Shown here: in pieces, positions 12,641 to 25,125 of the stretch
Layout: each line of letters begins with the position of its first letter
How positions within the stretch are numbered: the stretch's first letter is position 1
NCBI RefSeq assembly: GCF_963921235.1
Contig: NC_086097.1
Location: 144,586,001 to 144,650,000, forward strand
From: Mobula hypostoma
Taxonomy: Eukaryota
Direction: 5' to 3'
DNA length: 64,000 bases
Translations under genes and position numbers: made by a program
Notes under the pieces: generated by a model
Databases searched by the model: none
Told to the model about the DNA's origin: nothing
What the model saw: the letters and a program-made list of their open reading frames with translations, nothing else

Positions 12641-13643
12641 TTGGATGAAGACACTGAACTTTCTTACTTATGAGATTGAACTCATACCTTTTGTTTTGAT
12701 GTTTTACTGAGGAGGATAGCCTGAATATCCACTAAGTAGTAAGATTCAGTACTGGAGTATATGCATTCTGATATATGAATAAAATCAGCTGAAATGCTGG
12801 CTATTTATGCCTAATGCTGAGTTGAGAAAATACATTGTTCATTTCAGTTACTGATATTTCATTCCAGAGGATGGAGTGATGGAATGCAGTTCTGAATGAT
12901 AAATTGAGAGGGGATGCTATGTTGGGGTATCTATGTAGAGATTTATTAAGGGGATAAATGATTGAAAGCTTGCATAAATTATTTCATTTTAGAATAATAC
13001 ATAATAATTGAGTGGCTGGGCATTCTACTACAGAGTATTGAAGAGTAGAAGTAATCCTGTGTTCACGAATGGATCCATTATTTACATTTTATTTTGTCTG
13101 TTAAATCACAAGACTAAAACACACACAGATAAAATTATAAAATCATAAGTACACATCCATTTTGATAGAGTGAAGGGTAACATTTTGATTGAATATCCGA
13201 GTAAACAGATACATGAATTATTGGGAAGCAGTTCTACTGTGCTTGTGGATGTGGATTCATGTCAGATCTGTTATTCTTTCTGCTTAACAATTCACTCTGT
13301 TATTGTTTGTCATGTGCAGGAAGGCATGATGTTGCATAAATGTGAATCAGATAAAGATGAGGGTTTATTGAATATTTCTGTTCTCCTTTCCGTTACCCTT
13401 TTTGCTTAGTCATCCTAATCTGTTCAGCTACCATCCTCCAAATGTGATAGTCAAGTCATTCATTCATATCGATCTTGTTCTCACCTTAATACTATACATA
13501 GGCATGGACAGAACCAATAAACCCACACAATCACATTTAGATCCATAGAAATGGATGCACAATTATTCATACAAATACATACATATCTCCAAACAAACAT
13601 AAATAAATTCCTACGTGCACATCCATGAGCACTCACTAGAATT

Positions 13644-14161
13644 AATCAGAATCTGGTTTATTATCACTGGCATGTGTCATGAAATTTGTTAACAGCAGCA
13701 GCAGTTCAATGCAATACATAATATAGGAAAAAAAATAAATAAGTAAATCAATTACAGTGTACATATATTGAATAGATTAAAAATCGTGCAAAAACAGAAA
13801 TAATATATATTAAAAAAGTGAGACAGTGTTCAAGTGTTCAATGACCATTTAGAAATCGGATAGCAGAGGCTTCAGGCTTCTGGACCACCTAGATGATGGT
13901 AACAGTGAGAAAAGGGCATGCCCTGGGTGCTGGAGGTCCTTAATAATGGACGCTGCCTTTCTGAGACACTGTTCCTGGAAGATGTCCTGAATACTTTGTA
14001 GGCTAGTACCCAAGATGGAGCTGACTAAATTTACAATCTTCTACAGCTTCTTTCAGTCCTGCGCAGTAGCCAACCACCGCCCCCCCCACCGCCCATACCA
14101 GACAGTAATGCAACCTGTCAGAATGCTCTCCATGGTACATCTATAGAAGTCTTTGAGTGTA
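13644..14161 (-). mobile_element. Rex1/Babar-like LINE 3' fragment
   Basis: Highly similar to 42214-42781, whose ORF encodes the RT C-terminus (AQDRKKLQRVV...IIKDLQHPGHALF); (TCTGAT)n tail. Confidence 0.8.
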
Positions 14162-14277
14162 ATTAAACAAGCTTGGAAACTTTTCTCTTCTCTTTTTTAG
14201 AGAAAGCAAGTGGTTCTTTCTGACATCGTTTGCCCAATTTCAACCTAGGAGAACAATCACAGATATCCTCTCCAATT

Positions 14278-14941
14278 ACAAATACCTGGGGATATGAATT
14301 GACAATAAACTGGACTGGTCAAAGAACACTGAGGCTGTCTACAAGAAGGGTCGGAGGGGAAACTACTTCCTGAAGAGACTGAGGTCCTTTAACATCTGCC
14401 GGACGATGCTGAGGATGTTCTATGAGTCTGTGGTGGCCAGTGCTATCAAGTTTGCTGTTGTGTGCTGGGGCAGCAGGCTGAGGGCAGCAGACACCAACAG
14501 AATCAACAAACTCATTCGTAAGGCCAGTGATGTTGTGGGGATGGAACTGGACTCTCTCACGGTGGTGTCTGAAAAGAGGATGCTGTCCAAGTTGCATGCC
14601 ATCTTGGTCAATGTCTCCCATCCACTACATAATGTACTGGGTGGGCACAGGAGTACATTCAGCCAGAGACTCATTCCTCCATGATGCAACACAGAGTGTC
14701 ATAGGAAGTCATTCCTGCCTGTGGCCATCAAACTTTACAACTCCTCCCTTGGAGGGTCAGACACCCTGTGCCGATAGGCTGGTCCTGGACTTATTTCATA
14801 ATTTACTGGCATAATTTACATATTACTATTTAACTATTTATGGTTCTATTACTATTTATTATTTATGGTGCAACTGTAATGAAAACCAATTTCCCCCTGG
14901 GATCAATAAAGTATGACTATGACTACTATGACTATGACTAT
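14278..14941 (+). mobile_element. Rex1/Babar-like LINE 3' fragment
   Basis: YKYLG..DNKLDWSKNTEAVYKKG..YFLKRLRSFNICRTMLRMFYESVVASAI...SHPLH; AATAAA followed by a (GACTAT)n tail. Confidence 0.85.
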
Positions 14942-15135
14942 TATCTGTGCAATGCTTGATGGTACATTTTCTCTCTGCACTGTTTATTAACTCAACTTCA
15001 TTTATCACCGAGAAGAGCAAAGTTTTATGATCATATTATCAGTAGTAACTGAGAAAGATTTCAAAATACTTTCAGCGTATTTCCGGTTATCCATATAGAA
15101 TATTGACAAAGCTACTATCCTAGATAACCACATCT

Positions 15136-17682
15136 GCAAACACGAGGAAATCTGCAGATGCTGGAAATTCAAGCAACACACACAAAATGCTGGTGGAACG
15201 CAGCCAGCCAGGCAGCATCTATTGTAAGAGGTACAGTCGACGTTTTGGGCTGAGACCCTTCGTCAGGACTAACTGAAAGAAGAGATAGTAAGAGATTTGA
15301 AAGTGGGAGGGGGAGAGGGAGATCCGAAATGATAGGAGAAGACAGGAGGGGGTGGGATGGAGCTAAGAGCTGGACAGGTGATTGGCAAAAGAGATTAAGG
15401 CTGGAGAATGGAGAGGATCATGGGATGGGAAGCCTAGCGAGAAAGAAAGGTGGGGGAGAGCCCAGAGGAAGATGGAGAGCAGGCAAGGAGTTATAGTGAG
15501 AGGGACAGAGGGAGAAAATAAGAGAGAGAGGGAAAAAAAGGGGGAAAATAATAAATAAATAAATAAGTTATGGGGTAAGTAGGAGAGGAGGGGCATTAAC
15601 GAAGTTAGAGAAGTCAGTGTACATGCCATCAGGTTGGAGGCTACCCAGACGGAATATAAGGTGTTGTTCCTCCAACCTGAGTGTGGCTTCATTTTGACAG
15701 TAGAGGAGGTCATGGATAGACATATCAGAATGGGAATGGGACGTGGAATTAAAATGTGTGGCCACTGGGAGATCCTGCTTTCTCTGGCGGATAGAGCGTA
15801 GTTGTTCAGCGAAACGATCTCCCAGCCTGCGTCGGGTCTTGCCAATATATAGAAGGCCGCATCAGGAGCACCGGACGCAGTATATCAGCCCAACTGACTC
15901 ACAGGTGAAGTGTCGCCTCACCTGGAAGGACAGTCTGGGGCCCTGAATGGTGGTGAGGGAGGAAGTGTAAGGGCATGTGTAGCACTTGTTCCGCTTACAA
16001 AAATAAGTGCTAGGAGGGAGATCTGTGGGAAGGGATGGGGGGGAACGAATGAACAAGGGAGTCGTGTAGGGAGCAATCACTGCAGAAAGCAGAAAGAGTG
16101 GGGAGAGGGAAAGATGTGCTTGGTGGGGGGATCCCGTTGGAGGTGGCGGAAGTTACGGAGAATTACACGTTGGACCCGGAGGCTGGTGGGGTGGTAGGTG
16201 AGGACAAGGGGAACCCTATTCCTAGTATGGTGGCGGGAGGATGGGGTGAGAGCAGATGTGCGTGAAATGGGAGAGGTGCGTTTGAGAGCAGAGTTAATAG
16301 TGGAGGAAGGGAAGCCCCTTTCTTTAAAAATAGGAAGACATCTCCTTCATCCTGGAATGAAAAGCCTCATCCTGAGAGCAGATGAGGCGGAGACAGAGGA
16401 ATTGCGAGAAGGGGATGGCATTTTTGCAAGAGACAGGGTGGGAAGAGGTAGTCCAGGTAGCTGTGAGAGTCTGTAGGCTTATAGTAGACATCAGTAGATA
16501 AGCTGTCTCCAGAGACAGAGACAGAAAGATCAAGAAAGGAGAGGGAGGTGTTGGAAATGGACCAGGTAAACTTGAGGGTAGGGTGAAAGTTGGAGGCAAA
16601 GTTAATGAAGTCAACGTGCGCAGCATGCATGCAGAAAGCAGCGCCAATGCAGTCGTCGATGTAGCGAAGGAGAAGTGGGGGACAGATACCAGATTAGGCA
16701 CGGAACATAGATTGTTCCACAAAGCCAACAAAAAGGCAGGCATAGCTGGGACACATACGGGTGCCCATGGCTACACCCTTATTTTGCAGGAAGTGTGAGG
16801 AGCCAAAGGAGAAATTATTAAGCTAGAGGGAGGAGAGTGGTGGTAGAGGGGAACTGGTTGGGTCTGGAATCCAAAAGGAAGTGGAGAGCTTTGAGACCTT
16901 CCTGGTGGGGGATGGAGGTATATAGGGACTGGATATCCATGGTGAAAATAAAGCGGTGGGGGCCAGGGGACTCAAAATCATCGAAAAGTTTAAGAGCGTG
17001 AGAAGTGTCACGAACATAGGTAGGAAGGGATTGAACAAGGGGGGATAAAACTGTGTCAAGGATGCAGAAACAAGTTCGGTGGGGCAGGAACAAGCTGAGA
17101 CAGTGAGTCTACCAGAACAGGCAGGTTTGTGGATCTTGAGTAGGAGGTAGAAACAGGAAGTGCGAGGTGTGGGAACTATAAGGTTGGTAGCAGTGGATGG
17201 GAGATCCCCTGAGCTGATAAAGTTGGTGATGGTGTGTGAGACAACGGCCTGGTGTTCCTTACTGTGGTCATGATCGAGGGGTAAATAAGAGGAGGTATCC
17301 GTGAGGTGTTGCTGTGCCTCGGCAAGGTAGAGATGAGTACGCCAGACTAAAACAGTGCTCCCCTTATCAGCGGGTTTGAAAGTAAGGTTAGGATTAGTGC
17401 GGAGGGAGTGGAGAGCAGAGCGTTCCAAAGGAGTGAGGTTGGAATGGGGACAAGGTGCGGTGAAGTCGAGACGGTTGATGTCACGTCGACAGTTAGCAAT
17501 AAAGAGATCCAGAGCAGGCAGAAGACCTGAACGGGTTGTCCATGAAGAGGAGGAGGGTTGAAGATGGGAGAAAGGGTCATCGGTGGGGGTGGGAAAGTCC
17601 TTGCTGAAGAAGTGGGCTCAAAGACAGAGCCGGCAGAAGAAGAGTTCAGCGTTATGGCACAGGCGGAACCCACTGAGGTGTG
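15136..17682 (-). mobile_element. Penelope-like element, 5'-truncated and decayed
   Basis: Reverse-complement homolog of 4714-6973. ORFs include KPADKGSTVLVW, FTMDIQSLYTSIPH and CESVGLIYCVRC. Terminal repeat with hammerhead motif at 15235-15270 (GAAA mutated to AAAA). Confidence 0.93.
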
Positions 17683-17898
17683 CTGCAACCCCTCAGAGAA
17701 TGTGTTAAGGAACTGGAGCTGCAGCTTGATGACCTTTGCCACATAGGGGAGACTGAGGAAATGATAGATAGGAGATACAGGGAGGTAGTCACCCTAAGGT
17801 TGCAGGAGGCAGGTAACTGAGTGACTGTCAGGAGAATGGAGAAAACTGGACAGCCAGTACAGAGTACCCTGAGGCCAATCCCATCAGATATAAGTCAT

Positions 17899-18106
17899 AA
17901 GCAACACACACAAAATGCTGGTGGAATGCAGCTGGCCAGACAGCATCGATAGGAAGAAGCACAGTCAACGTTTCAGGACGAAGGGTTTCGGCCCGAAACA
18001 TCAACTGTGTTTCTTCCTATCGATGCTGCCTGGCCGGCTGCGTTCCACCAGCATTTTGTGTGTGTTGCTTGAATTTCCAGCATCTGTAGGTTTCCTCGTG
18101 TTTGCG
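17899..18106. mobile_element. Inverted (fold-back) pair of Penelope-like terminal repeats inserted in CR1 ORF1
   Basis: 17899-17974 is the near-perfect reverse complement of 17995-18070, with a 20-nt spacer that holds part of the hammerhead core. Confidence 0.9.
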
Positions 18107-19593
18107 TAAGTAAAAAGTATACTGCTTTGGATACCGCTGAGGGGAACAAGCTACCGAGAGGGAGTAGCCGCGACCAGGTCTCCGGCAGTGAGTCTGCGAG
18201 TCTGCACTGAGGCTCAGAACAGAAGAGAGGTTACAGGAGGTCTGCTGTAGTGATTGGAGATTCCATAGCTAGAGGAATAGAGATGAGATATTACGGATGC
18301 ATTACAGGCACCCGATGGTGTATTGCCTCCCATAGAGCGTCAGGGTCAAGGATGTCGCGGATTTGGTCCATAGCATTCTAAAGGGGGAGGATCAGCAGCT
18401 GAAGTCTCGGTGCATGTTGGCACCAATGATATAGGTAGAAAAAGTGAGGAGATCCAGAAGAGAGATTTAGGGAGCTAAGTAGAAAACTGAAAAGCAAGAC
18501 TTCCATGATAGTCACCTCTGGTTTTCTGCCTGTGAGGGTAAGAATAGGAGCATTTGTCAGATGAACGTGTGGCTGAGGAACTGATGCAGGGGTCAGGCTT
18601 TCAGATTTCTGGATCTTTGGGACTTTTTTCTGGGGAGATACGGCCTGTAAAAAAGGGATGGGTTACACCTGAACCCAAGAGGGACCAATATTATTGCAGG
18701 CAGATTTGCTAGAGCTGTTCAGGAGGGTTTAAACTAACTTGGCAGGGGGATGGGAACCAGAGTGATAGGGGTGAGGATGGGACAATTGGTTTACAAACAG
18801 AAGCAGTGTGTCGTCAGAGTGCTCGCAAGGCCAGGCTGGTGACAGGGCAAAATTGCAGTTGATGGAATAAGTTGCAATGTAAAAGGGAGACAAACTGAAA
18901 AGGGTAAAAAACGCAGGACTGGAGGAGTTATATTTGAAAGCATGCAGTATATAAAATGAGGTAGATGAACTTCTAGCACAGTTACAGATTGGCATGAATG
19001 ATGCTCTGTGAAGCACTGAATCATAGCTGAAAGGAGATTATAGTCGAGAGTTTAACATACAAGGATACACGTTGTATCAAAAGGTCAGGCAGGTAGGCCG
19101 AGGGGGTAGGGAGGTTCTGTTGGTAAAAAATGAAATCAAATCCTTAGAAAGAGTTGACATAGGATTGGAAGGTGTAGAATTTTTGTGGGTAGAGCTAAGA
19201 GACTGCAAGGGTAAAACGAACCTGATTGGAGTTACATACAGGCCCCCGAACAGTAGCAAAGATATGGGCTACAAATTACAACCAGTGATAGAAAATGCAT
19301 GTCAAAAGGCTAATGTTATGATAGTCATGGGTGTTTTCAATATGCAGGTAGTTTGGGAAAATCAAGTTTGTGCTGGATCCCAAGAGGGGTATTCTGTAGA
19401 ATGCCTACAAGATCGCTTTTTTGAGCAGCTGGTGGTTGAACTTATTAGGGAATCAGCTATTCTGGATTGGATGTTGTGCAATGGAGCAAAATTGATCAGA
19501 GAGCTTAAGGTAAAGGAATCCTTAGGGACCAGTGATCATAATATGATAAAATTCACCCTGCAATTTGAGAAGGAGAAATTAAAGTCAGATGTA

Positions 19594-19926
19594 CAGTTGA
19601 CTCTCCTTATCTGCGGGGGAATGGTTCCAGGACCCCCCGCGGATACCAAAAAACGTGGATGCTCAAGTCCATTATATAAAATGGCGTAGTATTTGCATAT
19701 AACCTACGCACATCCTCCCGTATACTTTGAGTCATCTCTAGATTACTTATAATACCTAATACAATGTAAATGCTATGTAAATAGTTGTTATACTGTATTG
19801 GTTAGGGAATAATGACAAGAAAAAATGCTCAAACAACGAGTGCTGAAGAGAGAACTTCTGGGTTTTCCCGATCCACAGTTGGTTGAATCCACACATGCAG
19901 AACCCGCAGATAAGGAGGGCCGACTA
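19594..19926 (+). mobile_element. Tigger-type (TcMar) MITE, MER2-like, inserted into CR1 ORF2
   Basis: TIRs CAGTTGACTCTCCTTATCTGCGGG and CCCGCAGATAAGGAGGGCCGACTA, flanked by TA on both sides (19592-93, 19927-28). Removing it restores the CR1 frame (KSDV/LALQ). Confidence 0.92.
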
Positions 19927-22654
19927 TATTAGCATTACAGTAGAGTAAATGGAATTACAAAGGCACAAGAGAGGAGCTGGACAAAGTTGATTGGAAGAGG
20001 ACACTAGCAGGAAGAGCAGAAATGGCTGGAGTTTCTGGGAGCAAACTGGAAGACACAGGACAGATACATTCCAAATAAGAAGAAATATTCTAAAGGCAGG
20101 ATGATACAACCATGGCTAACAAGGGAAGTCAAAGCCAATATAAAAGCCAAAGTGAGGGCATATAATATAGAAAAAATTAGTGGAAGTAAGAGGATTAGGA
20201 AGCTTTTAAAAATATAAAAAAAGTAATAAAGAGGGGAAAGATGAAATTCAAAGGTAAGTTAGCCAATAATGTTAAAGAAGATACCAAAAGTTTCTTCTGA
20301 TATATAAAGAGTGAAAGAGAGGCGAGTGTAGTCATGGGACCACAGGAAAATGAAAAATGATGCTGGAGAGGTAGTAATGGGTGCAATTAAATGGTGGATG
20401 AACTGGATAAGTCTTCATTGTGGAAGACAGCAACAGTATGCCAGAACTTGAAAGTGTCACCGGGCAGAAATGTGTGAAATTGTCTTTATTAGGGAGAATG
20501 TGCTTGGGAAATCAACAGGTCTGAATGTAGATAAATCACCTGGACCAGATGGACTACACCACAGAGTTCTGAAAGAGGTGGCTGAAGAGATTGTGGAGGC
20601 ATTAGTAATGATCTTACAAGAATCACTAGATTCTGGCATGGTTCCAGAGGACTGGAAAATTGCAGATATCACTCCAAGAAAGGAAAGATGCAGAAGAAAG
20701 GAAAATATAGACCAGCTAGTCTGACCTTAGTGGTTAGGAAGATGTTGGAGTCGATTGTGAAAGATGTAGTTTCAGGGTATATGGTAAAAGTGGGCAGAGT
20801 TTACATGGTTTCCTTCAGAGATAATCTTGCTTGACAAATCTTACAGGAATAGCAAGCAGGATAGACAAAGGAGAATTGGTGGATATTGTACACTGGATTT
20901 TCAGAAGGCCTTTGACAAGGTGCCACACATGAGGCTCGTTAACAAGTTAAGAGCCCATGGTATTACAGGAAAGATTCTAGTATGAATAGAGCATTGGCTG
21001 ATTGGCAGGAGGCAAAGAGTGGGAGTAAAGGGATCCTTTTCTGGTTGGTTGTTAGTAACTAATGCTGCTCTACAGGGGTCTGTGTTGAGACCACACCTTT
21101 TTACGATATATGTCAATAATTTGGATGATGGAATTGATGGCTTTCTGACCAAGTTTGCGGATGATGCAAAGATAGGTGGAGGGGTAGGGAGCATTGAGAA
21201 AATAGAGAGGCTGCAGAGGACAGGCAGATTAGGAGAATGGGTAAAGAAATGGCAGGTGGAACGCACTGTCAGGAAATGTATCGTCATGCTCTTTGGTAGA
21301 AGAAATAAAAAGGTAGACTATTTTCTAAATGGAGAGAAAATTAAAAAATCTGAAGTGCAAAGGGACTTGTGAGTCCTTGTGCAGGATTCCCTAAAAGTTA
21401 ATATGCAGGTTGAGTTGGTGGTGAGGAATGCAAATGCGATGGTAGCAATCATTTTGAGAGAACTAGAATATAAAAGCAAGGATTTAATGTTGAAGATTTA
21501 TATGACACTGTTGAAGCCTCACAGAGTATTGTGAGCAGTTTTGGGCCCCTTATCTAATAAGGGATGTGCTAACATTGGAGAAGGTTCAAAGGAGGATTAC
21601 AAACTAGTTCCAGGAATGAAGGGGTTATCATATGAGGAGCATTTGATGTCTCTGGGCTTGTACTCAATAGAATTCAGAAGAATGAGGGACGATCTCTTTG
21701 AAACCTACCAGATGTTAAAAGGCCTTGATAGAGTGGAAGTGGAGAGGATGTTTCCTATGGTGGGAGAGTCAAGGGCACAGCCTCAGAATAGAGGGACGTC
21801 CATTTAGAATGGAGTTGAGGAGGAATTTCTTCAGCCAGAGAGTGATAAATCTGTGGAATTTGTTGCCACAGGTGGCTGTGGAGTTCATGACTATGATATA
21901 TATTTAAGGCAGAGTCTTGATTAGTCTGAATATGAAGCGTTATGGGAGAAGATGGGAGATTGGGGCTGAGAGGGAAATGAATCAACCATGATGAAACGAT
22001 GGAGAAAACTCGATTGGCCAAATTATCTAATTCTGCTCCTATATCTTATTGTCTTAATATTTCTTGACCTCAAGCACACATTCTAATAACTTACTTAAAA
22101 GAATTGATGGCTCTTTGTATAAAGAAAAACTTCACCGTATTGGTCATAACAGGCCCTAAGCCCTTTCACCCTGTTTTCTTGCCTTGTCTTAACATGCTGC
22201 TTAGACTTTACTTGCTCCAACCAATTAATATATCCTGTAAGGATCTTGATGAAAGCTCTTTTCAAGTGCCTCCAGCTTATATGGGCTTTGATCTGACCTC
22301 AATGTAGGAATAGCTATCAACTACAAAGATTGACATTTATGCAAATGCTCTGGCATGGAAAATGTCTCTCATAGAAGCGTTATAGACTAAAGCATTGTCA
22401 TGTAACATGCCAGGATGTTGCTTAAAGGGCTAGTTTAGGTTTAGGTGTAACATTCACAGGTTTCAACAGTTGCGAATTAACAGAAATACAGTTACTCAGA
22501 ATTTTAGAATGCACCAAACAAAAGATTGATGAAGCTGATATGCTGGAAAGAAACCTGTATTTTGTGAAAAGTCCACTCACAAACTTAGGTGATCTCAAAA
22601 AGCTGCTCAGTTTTCAAATTCTACTTAAAGAATTATATACTAGAGGGAAACAGT

Positions 22655-22988
22655 ATCAGTGGATGTTGCTTACTTGGATTTTCAGAAGTCCTTTGACAAG
22701 GTGATGAACATGAGGCTGCTAAGTAAGAAGAGAGCCCATTGGATTACAGGAATGATACTAGTATGGATAGAAGGTTGGCTGACTGGCAGGAGGCAAAGAG
22801 TGGGAAGAAAAGGGGCCTTTTCTTGTTGGCTGCTGGTGACTGGCGGAGTTCCACAGGGTTTGGTGTTGTGACAGCTTCTTCTCACGTTATGTGTCAAAGA
22901 TTTGGATGATGGAATTGAAGGGTTTGTAGCCACGTTTGGAAGAGGCCAAGTATAGCCTAATTCTGTTCTTATGTCTTATGGCCTTATG
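22655..22988 (+). mobile_element. CR1 RT fragment with internal deletion and 3' tail
   Basis: DVAYLDFQKSFDKV...GVPQGLVL, joined directly to the CR1 tail CCTAATTCTGTTCTTATGTCTTATG. Confidence 0.85.
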
Positions 22989-23364
22989 GAAAGTGTACCG
23001 AGTTGTGCACTGCAGGTGTAATGAGCTTTGGCCTCTGAGGTTTATAGAGCACCTGAACTAGTTAATTGTTGTTTAATAAGAAACATTAATCATTTAGAGT
23101 TCCTTGTGTTTATCTTGAGCCACTCGCTCTTTGTAATGCGGTCTTTCTATTTAAACTTGTTTAGTTAATTTTGATAGGGCTGGGGGACTCTGTGTTATTT
23201 GTATTATTTAAGTGGATGCCGGATTAGTGCTAACTGCAGGGTCCTAGTTTTGAGAATGTTATGTCTTGTGGTGTCACTTGGCCAAGCCACCGTTGTTATG
23301 TTGGAAATCTTATGTATAAATTCTGGTTGCCATCTCTACATTGGAGCCAATCTTTCCTTTGCAT

Positions 23365-23625
23365 TTGCCAGCACACATCATGACAGCAAGAGGCAAAGTA
23401 CTGTGTAATCATTATCAGATAACCTGATTGCCTTAATAATAGTTGCTGAGGGGGAAATATTGGTTATAACACAAAAATACTTCAACTCTTTTACAATTAG
23501 CACCATCTGACGCTTTACATCCATTTGTAAGGGCAGATTGATCCTTAATTGCACATAATCTGAAAGACAGCTCTACTGATGATGCAAACATCAGCCTATA
23601 CTACACTGCAATGTCAAGCCTATAG
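23365..23625 (-). mobile_element. Ancient DeuSINE (AmnSINE/SacSINE-like) remnant
   Basis: Degenerate matches to the remembered Deu-domain blocks: CAGATAA..CTG, GTTGCTGAGGGGGAAATATTGG, TTTACATCCA..GGGCAGA, TCTGAAAGACAGC. Confidence 0.5.
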
Positions 23626-24924
23626 ATTGAGGTAGACATTAATAAACCCTTAACCAAGGAGGTGAATTTTACAAACAATTGCTTCAACGAAGTATCAAGA
23701 GAGCATGCAGAAATATGGCAGTCAATGCTAGAAAATTCAGTTGATGAAATGACTAAACTCAAAGGAAATAAAGCACATTTTGGACTCAGTGTCAGTCTGG
23801 AGTATTAGCTCATTTCCTCGGGACGCATAGAAAAGCTACATGCAGGGAGGTCGCAGGACAGCGGACCAAGCTACACCAGCTGCTGAGCAAAGCTAAAGAG
23901 AGTAAGCCATGGAAATCCTTCCACAACACTAATGTCAGTGAGCCAACAGGAGAAACTGAATCAATGGCCATTCAGAAGGTTAGGTTATCACCAAGTGGCA
24001 CCATTAGAATTAGCTGAGATTGTTTCTGACAGGAGACAGAGTTTAAATCCTTCTAAAGCTGCTTAGAGAGGTGAAATAAATAAATAAATGCACTGGGCCC
24101 CCTGGTACAGTAGCTTTGTACCTGGCAAGAGCTTAACCTTGCCTTCCAAGTTTTGTAGTTTAAACAGTCCTCAGAAAAGTTCGAGGTGTCAACATTGCTC
24201 ATGCTCAGAAATCACTCTGATTTCCAATTCATAAAGCTTGCAGGTTCCAGGCACAGAATCTTAAACTTACGGAGTGGGTAACATTTGCAGGGCAGCACAA
24301 AAGTAATTTTACACACAATTTTTTTGGCTGTGTGATAGCTCAGGATATCCAGATGTTGATTAAGGTGGTATCAAAATTCAAGTTCTTTGCTTCTGTGTTC
24401 ATGAAACCTGATGTAATATCGAGAGTGAATGAAGAATGTTTACTGTATATTACAAGTTGAGAATTCCATGCATGATTTGCTTTGTTTGGTTGACTGGCTG
24501 TCTGGCATGTACAAAAACATCTCAGCATATTTATGAGATCCTAATGCAAGGGCTGAGAGACATGAAATAAACTTATAAAATATTGGAAATAGCCTCCATG
24601 TTCAGACAACAGTGGTATCCGAGGAAAGAAAGATAAACAAGTTGAAGTTTCAGGTCATTGACTTTTTAGGAAAAGTTATAAAGCAAGGTTTCAAGCTTCA
24701 GAGAAAGGGGAGGGGTTGATAGAATGAAGGGGATACTTGTGGTAGGGTGACCGAGAGGCTCACTGACACAGGTGATAGTGGTGCTGGCTGAGGGAGGGCA
24801 ATGAAGGTTTTTTTTATTATTTACAACTGATCTACCCAGAGGAGATATAACTAGGAGACAATGAATAAAAATTGCTGTCAGAAATGGATTGGGGCTGGAT
24901 GTTTTCTGGCAACGGTGTACTTGG

Positions 24925-25125
24925 TAAATGTGTTCGTCCATCGTCGACGTTGATGAGGACCTCGAGACAATTATGATGGTGTCGAGACTAGCATGTGATT
25001 TGGGTTTAAGTGAGAGAGAGTTGCGTAGTGTCAGCCTCACTCTCTCTTCCCAGTTCCCATCTGGATCCAGTGGCAAGACAGAGTCGAGATGGCTGGAGAT
25101 GGGATTAGGTGCAGTGGATGACCAG
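24925..25125 (-). mobile_element. RTE-clade LINE terminal fragment
   Basis: TTTAAGTGAGAGAGAG...CAGCCTCACTCTCTC...CCATCTGGATCCAGTGGCAAGA...CTGGAGATGG resembles RTE elements as recalled; orientation is inferred. Confidence 0.5.

Larger units (their letters stand above)
17683..22057 (+). mobile_element. Near full-length CR1 LINE: ORF1 (coiled coil + SGNH esterase) and ORF2 (APE endonuclease + RT), decayed
   Basis: ORF1: VKELELQLDDL, VVIGDSIARG (~18247), VHVGTNDIG (~18410), DGLHLN (~18657). ORF2: GVTYRPPNS, ILDWMLCN, LGTSDHNMI, KSPGPDGLHHRVLKE, QGSVLRP, KFADDAK. 3' tail at ~22030-22057. Confidence 0.95.

Noticed and set aside
22095..22235. Minus-strand frame containing ACYDQYGE (DnaJ-like motif) next to a GTAAGT donor
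   Set aside because: No HPD motif or other J-domain features, and the frame stops immediately before the donor; probably chance.
23626..24016. Protein-looking plus-strand open stretches, including an LHQLL motif
   Set aside because: Weak acceptors, different frames and no recognisable family.
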